Of a DNA stretch of 35,724 nt, positions 1-9,063 are shown piece by piece; within the stretch, counting starts at the first letter, position 1, and the number at the start of each line of letters is the position of its first letter. The notes below the pieces were generated by a model. The model was not told the origin of the DNA. It did no database searches and saw only the letters and a list, made by a program, of their open reading frames with translations. Made by a program: the position numbers and the translations under genes. The stretch lies in the NCBI GenBank assembly GCA_027064405.1, contig JAMOPP010000161.1:1-35724 (forward strand), read 5' to 3'. The stretch is from Desulfurellales bacterium (GTDB lineage Bacteria; Campylobacterota_A; Desulfurellia; Desulfurellales; Hippeaceae).

Positions 1-880
1 CATACGTAATCTCAGGATTCGGATTTGCCATAGCAAAAATAATAGGATGGTCATTCATAGACTTAACCATCTCTTCGGTTAATATGTCCGCTTTTGATAC
101 TCCCAAGAATATATCTGCACCCTTTATAGCATCTTCAAGAGTTCTTGCATCCGTATCGTTTGCAAAAAACTCCTTATATTTGTTCATACCCTCTTTTCTG
201 CCTTTATATATAACGCCTTTGGAGTCAATCATATAGACATTCTCTTTTTTTATTCCAAGCGTTATGTAAAATTTTGCACAAGCAATACCTGCGGAACCGG
301 CTCCATTTACGACAAGCTTGCAATCTTCTATATTTCTACCCGTCACCTCAATAGCATTTAGCAAAGCGGCGCCACTTATTACAGCCGTTCCGTGCTGATC
401 ATCGTGGAATACTGGTATTTTCATTCTTTTTCTGAGTTCTTCCTCAATATAAAAGCACTCAGGAGCCTTTATATCTTCTAAATTAATAGCTCCGAATGTA
501 GGCTCAAGGGCTGCAACTATATCAACAATTTTATCCGGATCCGTTTCGTCAATTTCTATATCAAAAACATCAATATCGGCAAAATTCTTAAACAGATTGC
601 CTTTACCTTCCATTACAGGCTTACCGGCAAGAGCGCCTATATTACCCAAACCGAGAACGGCACTTCCGTTTGATACGACAGCAACAAGATTTCCCTTTGC
701 CGTATATCTATAGGCATCCTTAGGGTTTTTCTCCACCTCAAGACAAACATCAGCAACTCCCGGCGTATATGCCAAAGATAAATCCTTTTGAGTGTTAAAC
801 GGTTTGGTAAGATTAACCTCTATCTTACCCGGCCTTATCATAGAATGATACTCTAACGCATCCTCTTTAAGACTTGACAT
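1..880 (-). CDS. NAD(P)-dependent malic enzyme, N-terminal ~293 codons (3' end lies beyond the window start)
   Basis: Not in the ORF track because it runs off the edge. My reverse-strand translation from ATG 880 gives [27 protein letters not shown]...[19 protein letters not shown]...[12 protein letters not shown]...[15 protein letters not shown]. These are malic-enzyme hallmarks (LAYTPGVA, Rossmann GAGSAG, ANPxPEI). AGGAGG lies 7 nt upstream of the ATG. Confidence 0.85.
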   Translation of the reverse strand, partial: MSSLKEDALEYHSMIRPGKIEVNLTKPFNTQKDLSLAYTPGVADVCLEVEKNPKDAYRYTAKGNLVAVVSNGSAVLGLGNIGALAGKPVMEGKGNLFKNFADIDVFDIEIDETDPDKIVDIVAALEPTFGAINLEDIKAPECFYIEEELRKRMKIPVFHDDQHGTAVISGAALLNAIEVTGRNIEDCKLVVNGAGSAGIACAKFYITLGIKKENVYMIDSKGVIYKGRKEGMNKYKEFFANDTDARTLEDAIKGADIFLGVSKADILTEEMVKSMNDHPIIFAMANPNPEITY

Positions 881-967
881 ATAATTCTACCTCCTAACAA
901 TATTTTACCTTCAAGCAAGAAGCGAAATCTACTTCATAAAATACAAGTCTTTTCTCACCTCTCCAAG

Positions 968-996
968 ATTGTAAAACTTTTTAAAAAATGTGTCAA
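968..996 (-). promoter_or_regulatory. sigma70-like promoter for the malic enzyme gene
   Basis: On the minus strand: TTGACA (996..991), 17 nt, TACAAT (973..968). This leaves a leader of roughly 80 nt before ATG 880. Confidence 0.45.
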
Positions 997-1022
997 GATA
1001 TTAATTTTTAGTTAACTATAAA

Positions 1023-1790
1023 TTAAAAAGTGGGTTGATCATACCTATTAAAAAAACTATGTTTAATTAAATTTAGCATTAAATAATTTGATAATGCCAC
1101 ACTTACGGCTATTGCCATAACTATAACTATCTGATAATAAACCGACTCAACGGGGTTTATTCCTGATAAAATCTGGCCCGTCATCATTCCTGGCAAAAAC
1201 ACTATACCCATACCACTTGCAGAGGATAATGAAGGTAAAAGGGATGACTTTAAGGCAGCTCGTTTCATATCAAAAAGTGCCTCATTTCTATCAGCGCCCA
1301 TACACAACATATCTTCAATATAGTCCCTGTTTTCATTAATTTGAGAATTAAATCTCTCTATTCCTATGGCCATAGAATTCATCGAATTGCCTATAACCAT
1401 CCCGGCAAGAGGTATTACATATCTCGGATTAAAACTATCTAATTTTATTATACCAAACAACAAAATAGACAATATAAAAATAGCAGATATTAAAATTGAT
1501 AAAAAAATATACACACCTGCATTTTTGATATTTACCTTCGTCCTACTTATAACAATTCTTGATGCGAAAAAAATCATAATCAGAAAAATTATCGTGGTTA
1601 CAGCGGCAGAGTCCAATTTAAAAATATAGAGCAGGACAAAACCCGACAAAAAAAGCTGAACACTCATTCTTAAAAATGTAATGATTACATCCTTTGCAAT
1701 GTTGAGTTTCTCCCTATATGACAAAATAATAATTAAAAGCAAAAATGCATACGAACCTATAAAACCATACAAAGAAATATGTTTAATCAT
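1023..1790 (-). CDS. fetB: UPF0014/FetB-type ABC exporter permease (putative iron export)
   Basis: 255 aa polytopic membrane protein. VIPLAGMVIGNSMN...LPGMMTGQILSGINPVESVYYQIV matches my recollection of E. coli YbbM/FetB (IPIAGMIAGNAM...LPGMMSGLIFAGIDPVKAIKYQI). It overlaps the upstream ATPase gene by 8 nt. Confidence 0.8.
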   Translation of the reverse strand: MIKHISLYGFIGSYAFLLLIIILSYREKLNIAKDVIITFLRMSVQLFLSGFVLLYIFKLDSAAVTTIIFLIMIFFASRIVISRTKVNIKNAGVYIFLSILISAIFILSILLFGIIKLDSFNPRYVIPLAGMVIGNSMNSMAIGIERFNSQINENRDYIEDMLCMGADRNEALFDMKRAALKSSLLPSLSSASGMGIVFLPGMMTGQILSGINPVESVYYQIVIVMAIAVSVALSNYLMLNLIKHSFFNRYDQPTF

Positions 1791-2424
1791 TTACCACTCC
1801 CTTATCCTGAATTTTAAAAACAGAATCGGCGTATCTAAAAGCACTATTAGAATGAGTAGAAACGACACATATGTGGTTTTCGGAAAGGAACTTTATATAC
1901 TCAAATACGCTATTCTGCATCGATTCATCCAAAGCGGATGTAACTTCATCAAGCAAAAACACTTGAGGTTTGAGCATTACGGCTCTTATAAACGACAATC
2001 TTTGCATCTCTCCGCCGGATATGGTGTGAGATTCTTTTTTCAATATGGACTTTTCAAGCATAAATCTATCAAGTAACTCGTATAGAAGTTTATAATCAAA
2101 CCTCTTATGCATATTGCTCTTAAAAGAAAAAGGCAGTTTTAAATTATCCTCTACTTTTTTTAAAGCAAAAACAGGTTTTTGTCTGACAAGCACGCATAAG
2201 CTTCTAATTTTGGACGGAATATATTCTATCAACGGACGATTTTTGTATAGAACCGTTCCGCTACTTGGAAGCTCCATTAAATTTAATATCTTCAAAAAAG
2301 AGCTTTTTCCACTGCCTGAAGGACCGATTATTATGTTAAAACCTCTTTCAATAACTATATTGACATCTTTAAAAATCTCAGTATTGCCAAAGGTTAAATA
2401 CAGATTGGAAAGCTTAAAACACAT
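1783..2424 (-). CDS. fetA: ABC transporter ATP-binding protein, FetA/YbbL-type
   Basis: 213 aa. Walker A GPSGSGKS, ABC signature ISGGEMQR, Walker B VFLLDEVTSALD. Its size and pairing with a FetB-like permease fit FetA. Confidence 0.8.
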   Translation of the reverse strand: MCFKLSNLYLTFGNTEIFKDVNIVIERGFNIIIGPSGSGKSSFLKILNLMELPSSGTVLYKNRPLIEYIPSKIRSLCVLVRQKPVFALKKVEDNLKLPFSFKSNMHKRFDYKLLYELLDRFMLEKSILKKESHTISGGEMQRLSFIRAVMLKPQVFLLDEVTSALDESMQNSVFEYIKFLSENHICVVSTHSNSAFRYADSVFKIQDKGVVND

Positions 2425-2465
2425 AATTTGAATTTTTAAAAGATTTCATATATATTGATTCTACA

Positions 2466-3398
2466 ATGAGAAAAATCAAACAGCACCCCTTTCTTCTTAA
2501 CAGTTATATAACCTCAATAATACATAAAAAACCGATAAAAAACCAATTTATTTTTTCTTTTTTAGAATATTCTGACAAAGGAGTTAACGATCCGCTTGAT
2601 GAGAAAAGCCACTCCCCGGTAAGAGGGCTTGTGCATCGTTATCCTGACAGGGTTGTATTGACAATAACCAACAAATGCTTTGCTTACTGCAGATTTTGTT
2701 TTAGAAAGGACAACTGGAATAATTTTGAAGGTTTTGATTTAGAAAACGCCATAAAATATATTGAAAAAAATAAAAAAATAGAAGAGGTCTTAATCTCAGG
2801 TGGCGACCCCTTTTTCCTAAACAATACAAAAATCGAGCAAATATTAAAAAGATTAACGGCAATCAAGCATATTAAATTTATAAGAATAGGCACAAGGGTT
2901 TTAAGTGCTATGCCAAGCAGAATTAACATACAAACAATAAATATACTCAAAAAATACAAACCTTTATGGATTGCCGCACACATTAATCATCCGGATGAAA
3001 TTACAGGTGAATTTATCAAGGCTGTTCACCTTTTTACAGACAACGGAATGCCTATATTATCGCAAACCGTTCTGCTAAAAAATATCAATGATGATGCAAA
3101 AATACTTAAAAATCTTTTTTGCACACTTGTTTCTTTAAATATTAAGCCATACTATCTCTTTGGATGCGATCAAGCTATAGGAAATAGCAATTTCAGGGTT
3201 TCTATTAAAAGGGCTTTAGAAATTATGAAAACCCTCCGCGGAAATATAAGCGGAATATGTATGCCGAATTTTGCTTTTGATTTGCCAAACGGTGGCGGAA
3301 AAATTATCTTGGAACCGGATAGAATCTTAAAACACGAAGACAAACATTATCTGTTTAAAAATTTTGAAAACAAGGAGTTTGGCTATGAAGACATTTGA
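2466..3398 (+). CDS. KamA-family radical SAM aminomutase-like protein (lysine 2,3-aminomutase/EpmB family)
   Basis: 310 aa with family motifs: GLVHRYPDRVVL, CxxxCxxC as CFAYCRFC, ISGGDPF, HINHPDE, PYYLFGCD, and DLPNGGGK (the PLP-lysine position in LAM). Confidence 0.85.
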   Translation: MRKIKQHPFLLNSYITSIIHKKPIKNQFIFSFLEYSDKGVNDPLDEKSHSPVRGLVHRYPDRVVLTITNKCFAYCRFCFRKDNWNNFEGFDLENAIKYIEKNKKIEEVLISGGDPFFLNNTKIEQILKRLTAIKHIKFIRIGTRVLSAMPSRINIQTINILKKYKPLWIAAHINHPDEITGEFIKAVHLFTDNGMPILSQTVLLKNINDDAKILKNLFCTLVSLNIKPYYLFGCDQAIGNSNFRVSIKRALEIMKTLRGNISGICMPNFAFDLPNGGGKIILEPDRILKHEDKHYLFKNFENKEFGYEDI

Positions 3399-3753
3399 TT
3401 GTAATAAAGCCATAAAATCGATAAAGGAAAATGCAGGCACAAATGACATTGGTATGATTCTTGTTCACAACGGAGTGGTTAGAAAAACCTCAAGAAAAGG
3501 CGACAATGAAGTTTTCGGTATGGATTTGGATTACGATGAAAACATCTTAAACAGCTTGATAGAAGACACCCTTTCATATAAAGGCGTCAAAGAGGTTAAA
3601 GTTTGGATAAATAAGGGTCAATTGGAGGTAGGCGATGACATTATGTATGTTATTGTTGCGGGAGATAGAAAAAATAACATCCTTAAACCCTTTGAAAACT
3701 TAGTATCTCAAATCAAACTACAAGTTGTCAAAGAACAAGAAAATATAAAATAA
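3385..3753 (+). CDS. MoaE-fold small protein (molybdopterin synthase catalytic subunit-like, divergent)
   Basis: ATG 3385 has AAGGAG 7 nt upstream and is preferred over the track's TTG 3364. The pattern LVHNGVVRK...GDNEVFGMDLDYDE...KGQLEVGDDIMYVIVAGDRKN...VSQIKLQVVKEQE parallels E. coli MoaE (FTGKVRN...LTLEHY...IGELWPGDEIVFVGVTSAHR...YLKTRAPFWKRE). The HR dyad reads DR here. It overlaps the KamA-like gene by 14 nt. Confidence 0.6.
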   Translation: MKTFDCNKAIKSIKENAGTNDIGMILVHNGVVRKTSRKGDNEVFGMDLDYDENILNSLIEDTLSYKGVKEVKVWINKGQLEVGDDIMYVIVAGDRKNNILKPFENLVSQIKLQVVKEQENIK

Positions 3754-3773
3754 CTTTTATGGTAGGTAAATAT

Positions 3774-5393
3774 ATGGATATAGTTTTTCAAAATGCTTTA
3801 ATACCGGATTTTGATAATTTAAAATTTATCAAAAAAAATGTAGGCATTAAAAACGGAACAATAAAGACAGTTTCAGATAAACACATTGATGCAGACAAGG
3901 TAATTGACGCTGACGGATATTATTTAACGCCGGGTATGATAGATTGCCACTGTCATATAGAAAGTTCACACCTTATACCGTCAAAATTTGGTGACAAGAT
4001 TGTAGAGCACGGCGTTTTGCATGTTGTCGCAGATTGCCATGAGATATCCAATGTAAAGGGTAGAAGGGGGCTGGAGTTTTTCATTCAGGATGCAAAAAAC
4101 AGTTTATGCAATATAAAATTTGCAGTTCCATCCTGCGTTCCCGCCACAAACTTTGCTACAAGCGGTGGAAGTTTGGATTTAAATGACATAGAGTATTTTT
4201 TAAAACAAGAAAGTGTTGTTGCACTTGGCGAGCTTATGAATGTACCTGCAATAATAAATAAAGATGAAAAATTTATGAAGATGATAAATCTTGCAAAAAA
4301 ATATAACAAAAGGGTAAACGGACATGCACCACATTTAATGAAAGAGGCGCTAAAACAGTATATATCCGCCGGCGTTGAGGATGACCATGAAAGCGAAAGC
4401 TACAAGGAACTGCTTGAAAAAATTCAAGACGGATTGATGGTTTTTATAAGGGAAGGTAGTGCTGAACATACACAAGACGATGCGTATAAAATAATTAAAG
4501 AATATCCTGATAAGGTTTCGTTTTGCACCGATGATAAAACAATAGAGGATATATCAAAAACAGGGAGCATTGACTATAATTTTAAAAAAGCCATACATCT
4601 TGGCATAGAACCGATTTTATCTTTAAAAATTGCATCATACAACGGGTTAAAATACTACAATCTTGATGAGTTTTCCGAGATTAAAGAGGGTAATAGGGCA
4701 TATTGTGTACTGTTTGATAAAAATTTTAATGTAGTAGAAACGGTATTGGACGGCAAATTATACAAAAAAGGCAAAACCTCATCAAAAATACCCAAAGATT
4801 TTCTTAATTCCATAAACATTAAATCCGATGCAAGAATTCCTCAAGTAAAATGCAAAGATATCTGCATATCTGTAACAAACGGAAGTCTGATAACAGAAAA
4901 ATTGACGATAGAGGATAAAGATAAAGATTTTGATGTTGCAAACGATATACTAAAGATAGTAAATTTTGAAAGATACGGACATAACAACTCTGCTTCTGCA
5001 AAAATTAAGGGCTTTGGTCTGAAAAAGGGAGCCATTGCATCCTCTGTCGCTCACGACTGCCACAATATACTCGCAGTTGGAACAACCGACGAATCGATAA
5101 TGAAAGTAGTTAATAAAATCATAGAGATCCAGGGTGGACTTGCACTTTATGATGAACATGAAATATTTTTTCTACCCCTTCAGATAGGGGGCATTGTAAC
5201 TGATAGTGAGCCTGAGGTTATACTTGCAACAGTTGAAAAATTAAAAGAAAAGGCTAAGAATTTAGGCAGTAGTCTTTCAAATCCGTTTGCCACGCTCTCT
5301 TTTATGGCATTAGAAGTAATACCTTATATAAAATTAACCGATAAAGGTTTGTTTGATGTTGCTGCCTTTGATTATGTAAAATGCAAACAGTAA
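3774..5393 (+). CDS. ade: adenine deaminase (amidohydrolase superfamily)
   Basis: The motif PGMIDCHCHIESSH matches the adenine deaminase metal-binding signature (GxIDxHxHIESS), and the length fits. ATG 3774 (MDIVFQNALI...) has a weak GGTAGG upstream; ATG 3759 is the alternative start. Confidence 0.8.
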   Translation: MDIVFQNALIPDFDNLKFIKKNVGIKNGTIKTVSDKHIDADKVIDADGYYLTPGMIDCHCHIESSHLIPSKFGDKIVEHGVLHVVADCHEISNVKGRRGLEFFIQDAKNSLCNIKFAVPSCVPATNFATSGGSLDLNDIEYFLKQESVVALGELMNVPAIINKDEKFMKMINLAKKYNKRVNGHAPHLMKEALKQYISAGVEDDHESESYKELLEKIQDGLMVFIREGSAEHTQDDAYKIIKEYPDKVSFCTDDKTIEDISKTGSIDYNFKKAIHLGIEPILSLKIASYNGLKYYNLDEFSEIKEGNRAYCVLFDKNFNVVETVLDGKLYKKGKTSSKIPKDFLNSINIKSDARIPQVKCKDICISVTNGSLITEKLTIEDKDKDFDVANDILKIVNFERYGHNNSASAKIKGFGLKKGAIASSVAHDCHNILAVGTTDESIMKVVNKIIEIQGGLALYDEHEIFFLPLQIGGIVTDSEPEVILATVEKLKEKAKNLGSSLSNPFATLSFMALEVIPYIKLTDKGLFDVAAFDYVKCKQ

Positions 5394-5544
5394 AACAGTA
5401 TTTTTAAACGAATATAAATCTTTTAAGATAAAAAAGTCCCGGCAAGAAAAAATATTGCATTATAGTTACATTAATGTAAAAAGGTCTTAGAATATAAAAA
5501 GCACCTTTTTGACCATATATAAAATTGTAGATTAAAAACAGAAG

Positions 5545-5565
5545 AAGGAGGGGGCGCCCCTCCTT
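5545..5565. terminator. GC-rich hairpin, probable bidirectional intrinsic terminator between convergent ade and sdhB
   Basis: AAGGAGGGG-gcg-CCCCTCCTT: a 9-bp stem with a 3-nt loop. T-rich tracts flank it on both strands (aattttaatatttt on +; cttctgttttt on -). Confidence 0.6.
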
Positions 5566-5569
5566 AATT

Positions 5570-6292
5570 TTAATATTTTCTTTTGAGTATTTCTTTTTGT
5601 AATCCTGCAATAGCTTTTGTCGGGTTAAGCTCTTTAGGACAAGCGCTGATACAGTTCAAGATTGTATGACATCTCCATACGCCGTGAATACTATTAACAG
5701 CATCAAGCCTCTCATCAGAACCTTGATCTCTCGTATCAAAAACAAATCTTGCAGCATTAAGCATAGCTGATGGTCCGAGATAGTCAGGATCAGCCCAATA
5801 TGACGGACATGAACTTGAACAACATCCGCACAAGATACACTCATACAAACCGTCCAATTTCGCTCTATCCTCAGGACTCTGAAGTCTTTCTCTTCCCGGA
5901 GGCGGATCCTTTTCGATAAGATAAGGTTTAACAACATAATACTTATTGAAGAAATCTTCAAAATCACATACTAAATCTTTTATTATAGGAAAACCCGGAA
6001 GAGGTTTAATTGTCAACACATTTGCATTGTAATCCTCTATATGAGACATACAAGATACCGTGTTTACACCGTTTATATTCATACCGTCAGAACCGCAAAC
6101 ACCTTCTCTGCAGCTTCTTCTGTAGGTTAAGGTATGATCCTGCTCCCATTTTATCTGGTTTAATCCATCCAAAACCATCATACCTGTACGGGTAATTGTT
6201 ACTTCGTAATCCTTGTAGTAGGGAGCCTTGTCTTTTTCCGGGTCGTATCTAAATATCTTAAATACTACTTTATCTCCTTCTTTTAAAGCCAT
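5570..6292 (-). CDS. sdhB: succinate dehydrogenase/fumarate reductase iron-sulfur subunit
   Basis: 240 aa with three Cys clusters: CREGVCGSDGMNINGVNTVSC (2Fe-2S), CILCGCCSSSCP (4Fe-4S), CHTILNCISACP (3Fe-4S). GGGAGG SD lies upstream. Confidence 0.9.
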   Translation of the reverse strand: MALKEGDKVVFKIFRYDPEKDKAPYYKDYEVTITRTGMMVLDGLNQIKWEQDHTLTYRRSCREGVCGSDGMNINGVNTVSCMSHIEDYNANVLTIKPLPGFPIIKDLVCDFEDFFNKYYVVKPYLIEKDPPPGRERLQSPEDRAKLDGLYECILCGCCSSSCPSYWADPDYLGPSAMLNAARFVFDTRDQGSDERLDAVNSIHGVWRCHTILNCISACPKELNPTKAIAGLQKEILKRKY

Positions 6293-6307
6293 TTCTCATC
6301 CTCCCTT

Positions 6308-8122
6308 TTAATAAACTCTCTTCTTAGGTTGGAATGTAGGAGCTGTCAGAGGTTTCGTCCTAACAGGTACATATTCAATTTCTACTTTTCCATTCTCGTC
6401 TATTTTTGTAAATGTATGCTTCATCCAGTTCTCATCATCCCTTTCAGGATAATCATCTCGTGAATGAGCTCCTCTACTTTCTTTCCTTGCCAAAGCAGCC
6501 TCAGTTTCAACTCTTGATACATACAATAGTGACTCAAGGTCAAAGATTTCAGCCAATTCAGTATTGAATGTTAAGCCCTTATCGGTTAGACCTACCTCTT
6601 TAAACTGCTTCTCATATTCATCCAATTTCTTAACTTGTGCTGCTATCTTTTCTTCTATTCTAAAGACTGACACATTCTCCTGCATTGTATCTCTTAAATC
6701 TTCCCATATGGCATCCATTGATACAGTGCCTTCTCCGCCCTCATAATATCCTTTGATTCTATCTATAATGCCTTTAGCATATTTATCAGCAATAAATTCT
6801 TCAGGAGGATTCGGGAATACAGGCTTCTCTTCTATAATCCATCTTGCACAGTTACGCCCAGCCTGCTTTCCTGTAACCACAAGGTCTAACAGTGAATTAC
6901 AACCCAGTCTATTTCCTCCGTGAACAGATGCGCAGGCACATTCTCCTGCTGCATACAATCCCGGAATTGGAACCTCTTTCTCTCCGTCCCAATCAACAAC
7001 TTCAGCATCCACATTTGTCGGTATTCCACCCATATGATAATGAGCCGTAGGCTGAACCGGAATAGGATCTTTTGTACAGTCAACACCAACAAATTTATAG
7101 GCAAGCTCCCAAATACCCGGTAATTTATCCATAATAAAATCATGACCCAAGTGATCAAGCTTCAATAGGCAGTGATCTTTCTTAGGACCAACGCCCCTAC
7201 CTTCAAGAACCTCCATAGCCATACCTCGCGAAACAACATCACGAGAAGCAAGGTCAAGTACATGAGGAGCATATGTTTTCATAAATCTTTCGCCCTTTGC
7301 ATTAAGCAGGTATCCACCTTCGCCTCTAACACCTTCCGTAATCAGGTTTCCTACGCCATAGATTCCTGTCGGATGGAACTGAATAAATTCAGGGTCTTTA
7401 ATAGCTATACCAGCCTTTAAGCACATTGTCCAACCTATACCGGTATTAACATGAGCATTTGTATTTGTTCTAAAGTTTCTTGTATTGCCACCTGTTGCAA
7501 ATATAACAGCATATGAGAAGAAAATATGTATTCCTCCGTTTACCATATCCCAAGCAACAATACCAATAGGTCTCCTTTCTTCCTTATCCATCAAAAGCTC
7601 AAGCGCATAATACTCCGAATAATAACTGACATAAGGAGCTATATCCTGATGCAGTGTTCTTTCAAATAGAGTGTGTAGCATAGCATGTCCTGACCTATCA
7701 GAACAAGCAACAGCCCTATGAGCCAAGGACTCTCCAAAGTTTCTCGTCTGTCCGCCGAAAGCTCTCTGATACGCTTTTCCGTTTTCAATTCTTGAAAAAG
7801 GCATTCCCCAATGTTCAAGCTCTATGATTGTTTTAGGTGCGTTCTTTGTAAAGAACTCCATAGCGTCCTGATCACCTATGTAATCGCCACCCTTTACGGT
7901 ATCGTACATATGCCAAATCCAATAATCCTCATCCATATTTGCCAAAGCGGCGTTGATTCCACCCTGAGCCGAAACCGTATGAGACCTTGTCGGATAGACT
8001 TCCGATACTACTGCTGTTTTTAGTTTAGATCCGCCGGTTTCAATAGCAGCGGCAAGTCCGGCTCCGCCGGCTCCAACTATAACAACATCAAATTCTTCTA
8101 TTCTTACATCTATATCTGCCAT
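6308..8122 (-). CDS. sdhA: succinate dehydrogenase/fumarate reductase flavoprotein subunit
   Basis: 604 aa. FAD fold DVVIVGAGGAGLAAA, covalent-FAD His context RSHTVSAQGG, and HPTG, HYHMGG, RGAHSR motifs. GGAGG SD is present. Confidence 0.92.
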   Translation of the reverse strand: MADIDVRIEEFDVVIVGAGGAGLAAAIETGGSKLKTAVVSEVYPTRSHTVSAQGGINAALANMDEDYWIWHMYDTVKGGDYIGDQDAMEFFTKNAPKTIIELEHWGMPFSRIENGKAYQRAFGGQTRNFGESLAHRAVACSDRSGHAMLHTLFERTLHQDIAPYVSYYSEYYALELLMDKEERRPIGIVAWDMVNGGIHIFFSYAVIFATGGNTRNFRTNTNAHVNTGIGWTMCLKAGIAIKDPEFIQFHPTGIYGVGNLITEGVRGEGGYLLNAKGERFMKTYAPHVLDLASRDVVSRGMAMEVLEGRGVGPKKDHCLLKLDHLGHDFIMDKLPGIWELAYKFVGVDCTKDPIPVQPTAHYHMGGIPTNVDAEVVDWDGEKEVPIPGLYAAGECACASVHGGNRLGCNSLLDLVVTGKQAGRNCARWIIEEKPVFPNPPEEFIADKYAKGIIDRIKGYYEGGEGTVSMDAIWEDLRDTMQENVSVFRIEEKIAAQVKKLDEYEKQFKEVGLTDKGLTFNTELAEIFDLESLLYVSRVETEAALARKESRGAHSRDDYPERDDENWMKHTFTKIDENGKVEIEYVPVRTKPLTAPTFQPKKRVY

Positions 8123-8140
8123 TACTAAAAGCCTCCTTTT

Positions 8141-8515
8141 TTAACCCTTAAACGGTAGTACCGTTATAGCTGCCAAAACCAAATAAACTATTCCGACAAC
8201 CCAGAAAAAACCCTTCCAGAATACTCTCCAACCTGAATGGACATAATCTTCTATAACCATAAAAATACCATTTATACCATGATAAAGGGCAAAAACAACA
8301 AATGTTAAATCGAATATTTTCCAGCCTAAGGAAGCAAATCTTGCAGCTACAGCCTGATATGTCAATCCGGTGTGGCCAACAAAATGTTCAACGAAAAAGT
8401 GCCCCAAAAGTAAAACAAGAAGTGCTACTCCCGACACTCTCTGAAGCAACCAATTCCATTCGCCACTCTTTGCACTTCCTTGATACCTATCTATGAATCC
8501 CCTCATGTACATCAT
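8141..8515 (-). CDS. sdhD: succinate dehydrogenase/fumarate reductase membrane anchor subunit (SdhD-like)
   Basis: 124 aa, about 3 TM helices, candidate heme-ligand His in LYHGINGI. AGGAGG SD is present. It sits between the sdhC-like and sdhA genes. Confidence 0.7.
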   Translation of the reverse strand: MMYMRGFIDRYQGSAKSGEWNWLLQRVSGVALLVLLLGHFFVEHFVGHTGLTYQAVAARFASLGWKIFDLTFVVFALYHGINGIFMVIEDYVHSGWRVFWKGFFWVVGIVYLVLAAITVLPFKG

Positions 8516-8533
8516 CTGATATTTACCTCCTTA

Positions 8534-8911
8534 TTACAGCTTCATAATCATAGGTATTGCACCAGCCACAAATACTATGGCAAAGATAACCCAAAAAATC
8601 CAAACATTACCCTTGTAATTACTTCTCTCCGCAGCCCCTGCGAAGTTAGTTAGAACTACCCTTAAACCATTAACAGCATGATACGATGCAACCAACCATA
8701 GCCCTATCTCCAATACCTTAAACACAGGATTTTCCAACACAGCTATTGCCTTAGTGAAGGACTCCGGAGTCTGAAGTGTTGTTATTGCCCATTCATGTAT
8801 GAAGAGATAAAAAATCAACAACAAGCCTGTTATACGATGAAAAAGCCAGGCAACAAAACCTTCGTGCCATTTGTACTGAATATGATGCAATCGTCCATTA
8901 TACCAATCCAT
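8534..8911 (-). CDS. sdhC: succinate dehydrogenase/fumarate reductase cytochrome b subunit (SdhC-like)
   Basis: About 3 TM helices, with FHRITG and SYHAVNG motifs. The start is ambiguous. ATG 8911 gives a 125-aa subunit that matches SdhD in size. The longest ORF starts at TTG 8956, directly abutting a GAGGAAGGAGG purine tract. Confidence 0.7.
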   Translation of the reverse strand: MDWYNGRLHHIQYKWHEGFVAWLFHRITGLLLIFYLFIHEWAITTLQTPESFTKAIAVLENPVFKVLEIGLWLVASYHAVNGLRVVLTNFAGAAERSNYKGNVWIFWVIFAIVFVAGAIPMIMKL

Positions 8912-8982
8912 AATTCTTTCGGCCACAATATAAATACATGGAAATTGTAGCCTCAACCTCCTTCCTCAAAAAATTTACTCCA

Positions 8983-9011
8983 AGATTACTAAATAATTAA
9001 ATATTTGTCAA
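8983..9011 (-). promoter_or_regulatory. candidate sigma70-like promoter for sdhCDAB
   Basis: Minus strand: TTGACA (9011..9006), 17 nt, TAATCT (8988..8983). It lies just downstream of the fumB hairpin. Confidence 0.35.
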
Positions 9012-9019
9012 GAAAATAA

Positions 9020-9051
9020 GGATTAACCCCGTATTAAAACAGAGTTAATCC
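9020..9051 (-). terminator. weak hairpin after fumB (possible terminator of mdh-fumAB)
   Basis: GGATTAAC / GTTAATCC form an 8-bp stem with a 16-nt loop, followed on the minus strand by ttattttctt. Confidence 0.3.
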
Positions 9052-9063
9052 AAATTAATTTGA

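Noticed and set aside
1366-2431. Track ORFs 1366..1629, 1681..2076 and 2114..2431 on the + strand
   Set aside because: They are entirely antisense to the well-supported fetB and fetA genes. They are low-complexity and I/K/F-rich, as expected from AT-rich antisense frames, and have no SD.
3364-3384. Upstream start extensions offered by the track (TTG 3364, 14924, TTG 15139, GTG 15412, 27779, 31626, 32846)
   Set aside because: In each case a downstream ATG or GTG has a canonical SD at 4-9 nt and yields the conserved family N-terminus (S20 MANHKS, GroES MKFKPL, GroEL MSAKI, Ugd MKLGVIGTGYVG). The extensions read through the SD itself.
5404-5610. 68-aa ORF in the ade/sdhB intergenic region
   Set aside because: It overlaps the sdhB 3' end and runs through the terminator hairpin. 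It has no SD and a low-complexity sequence.
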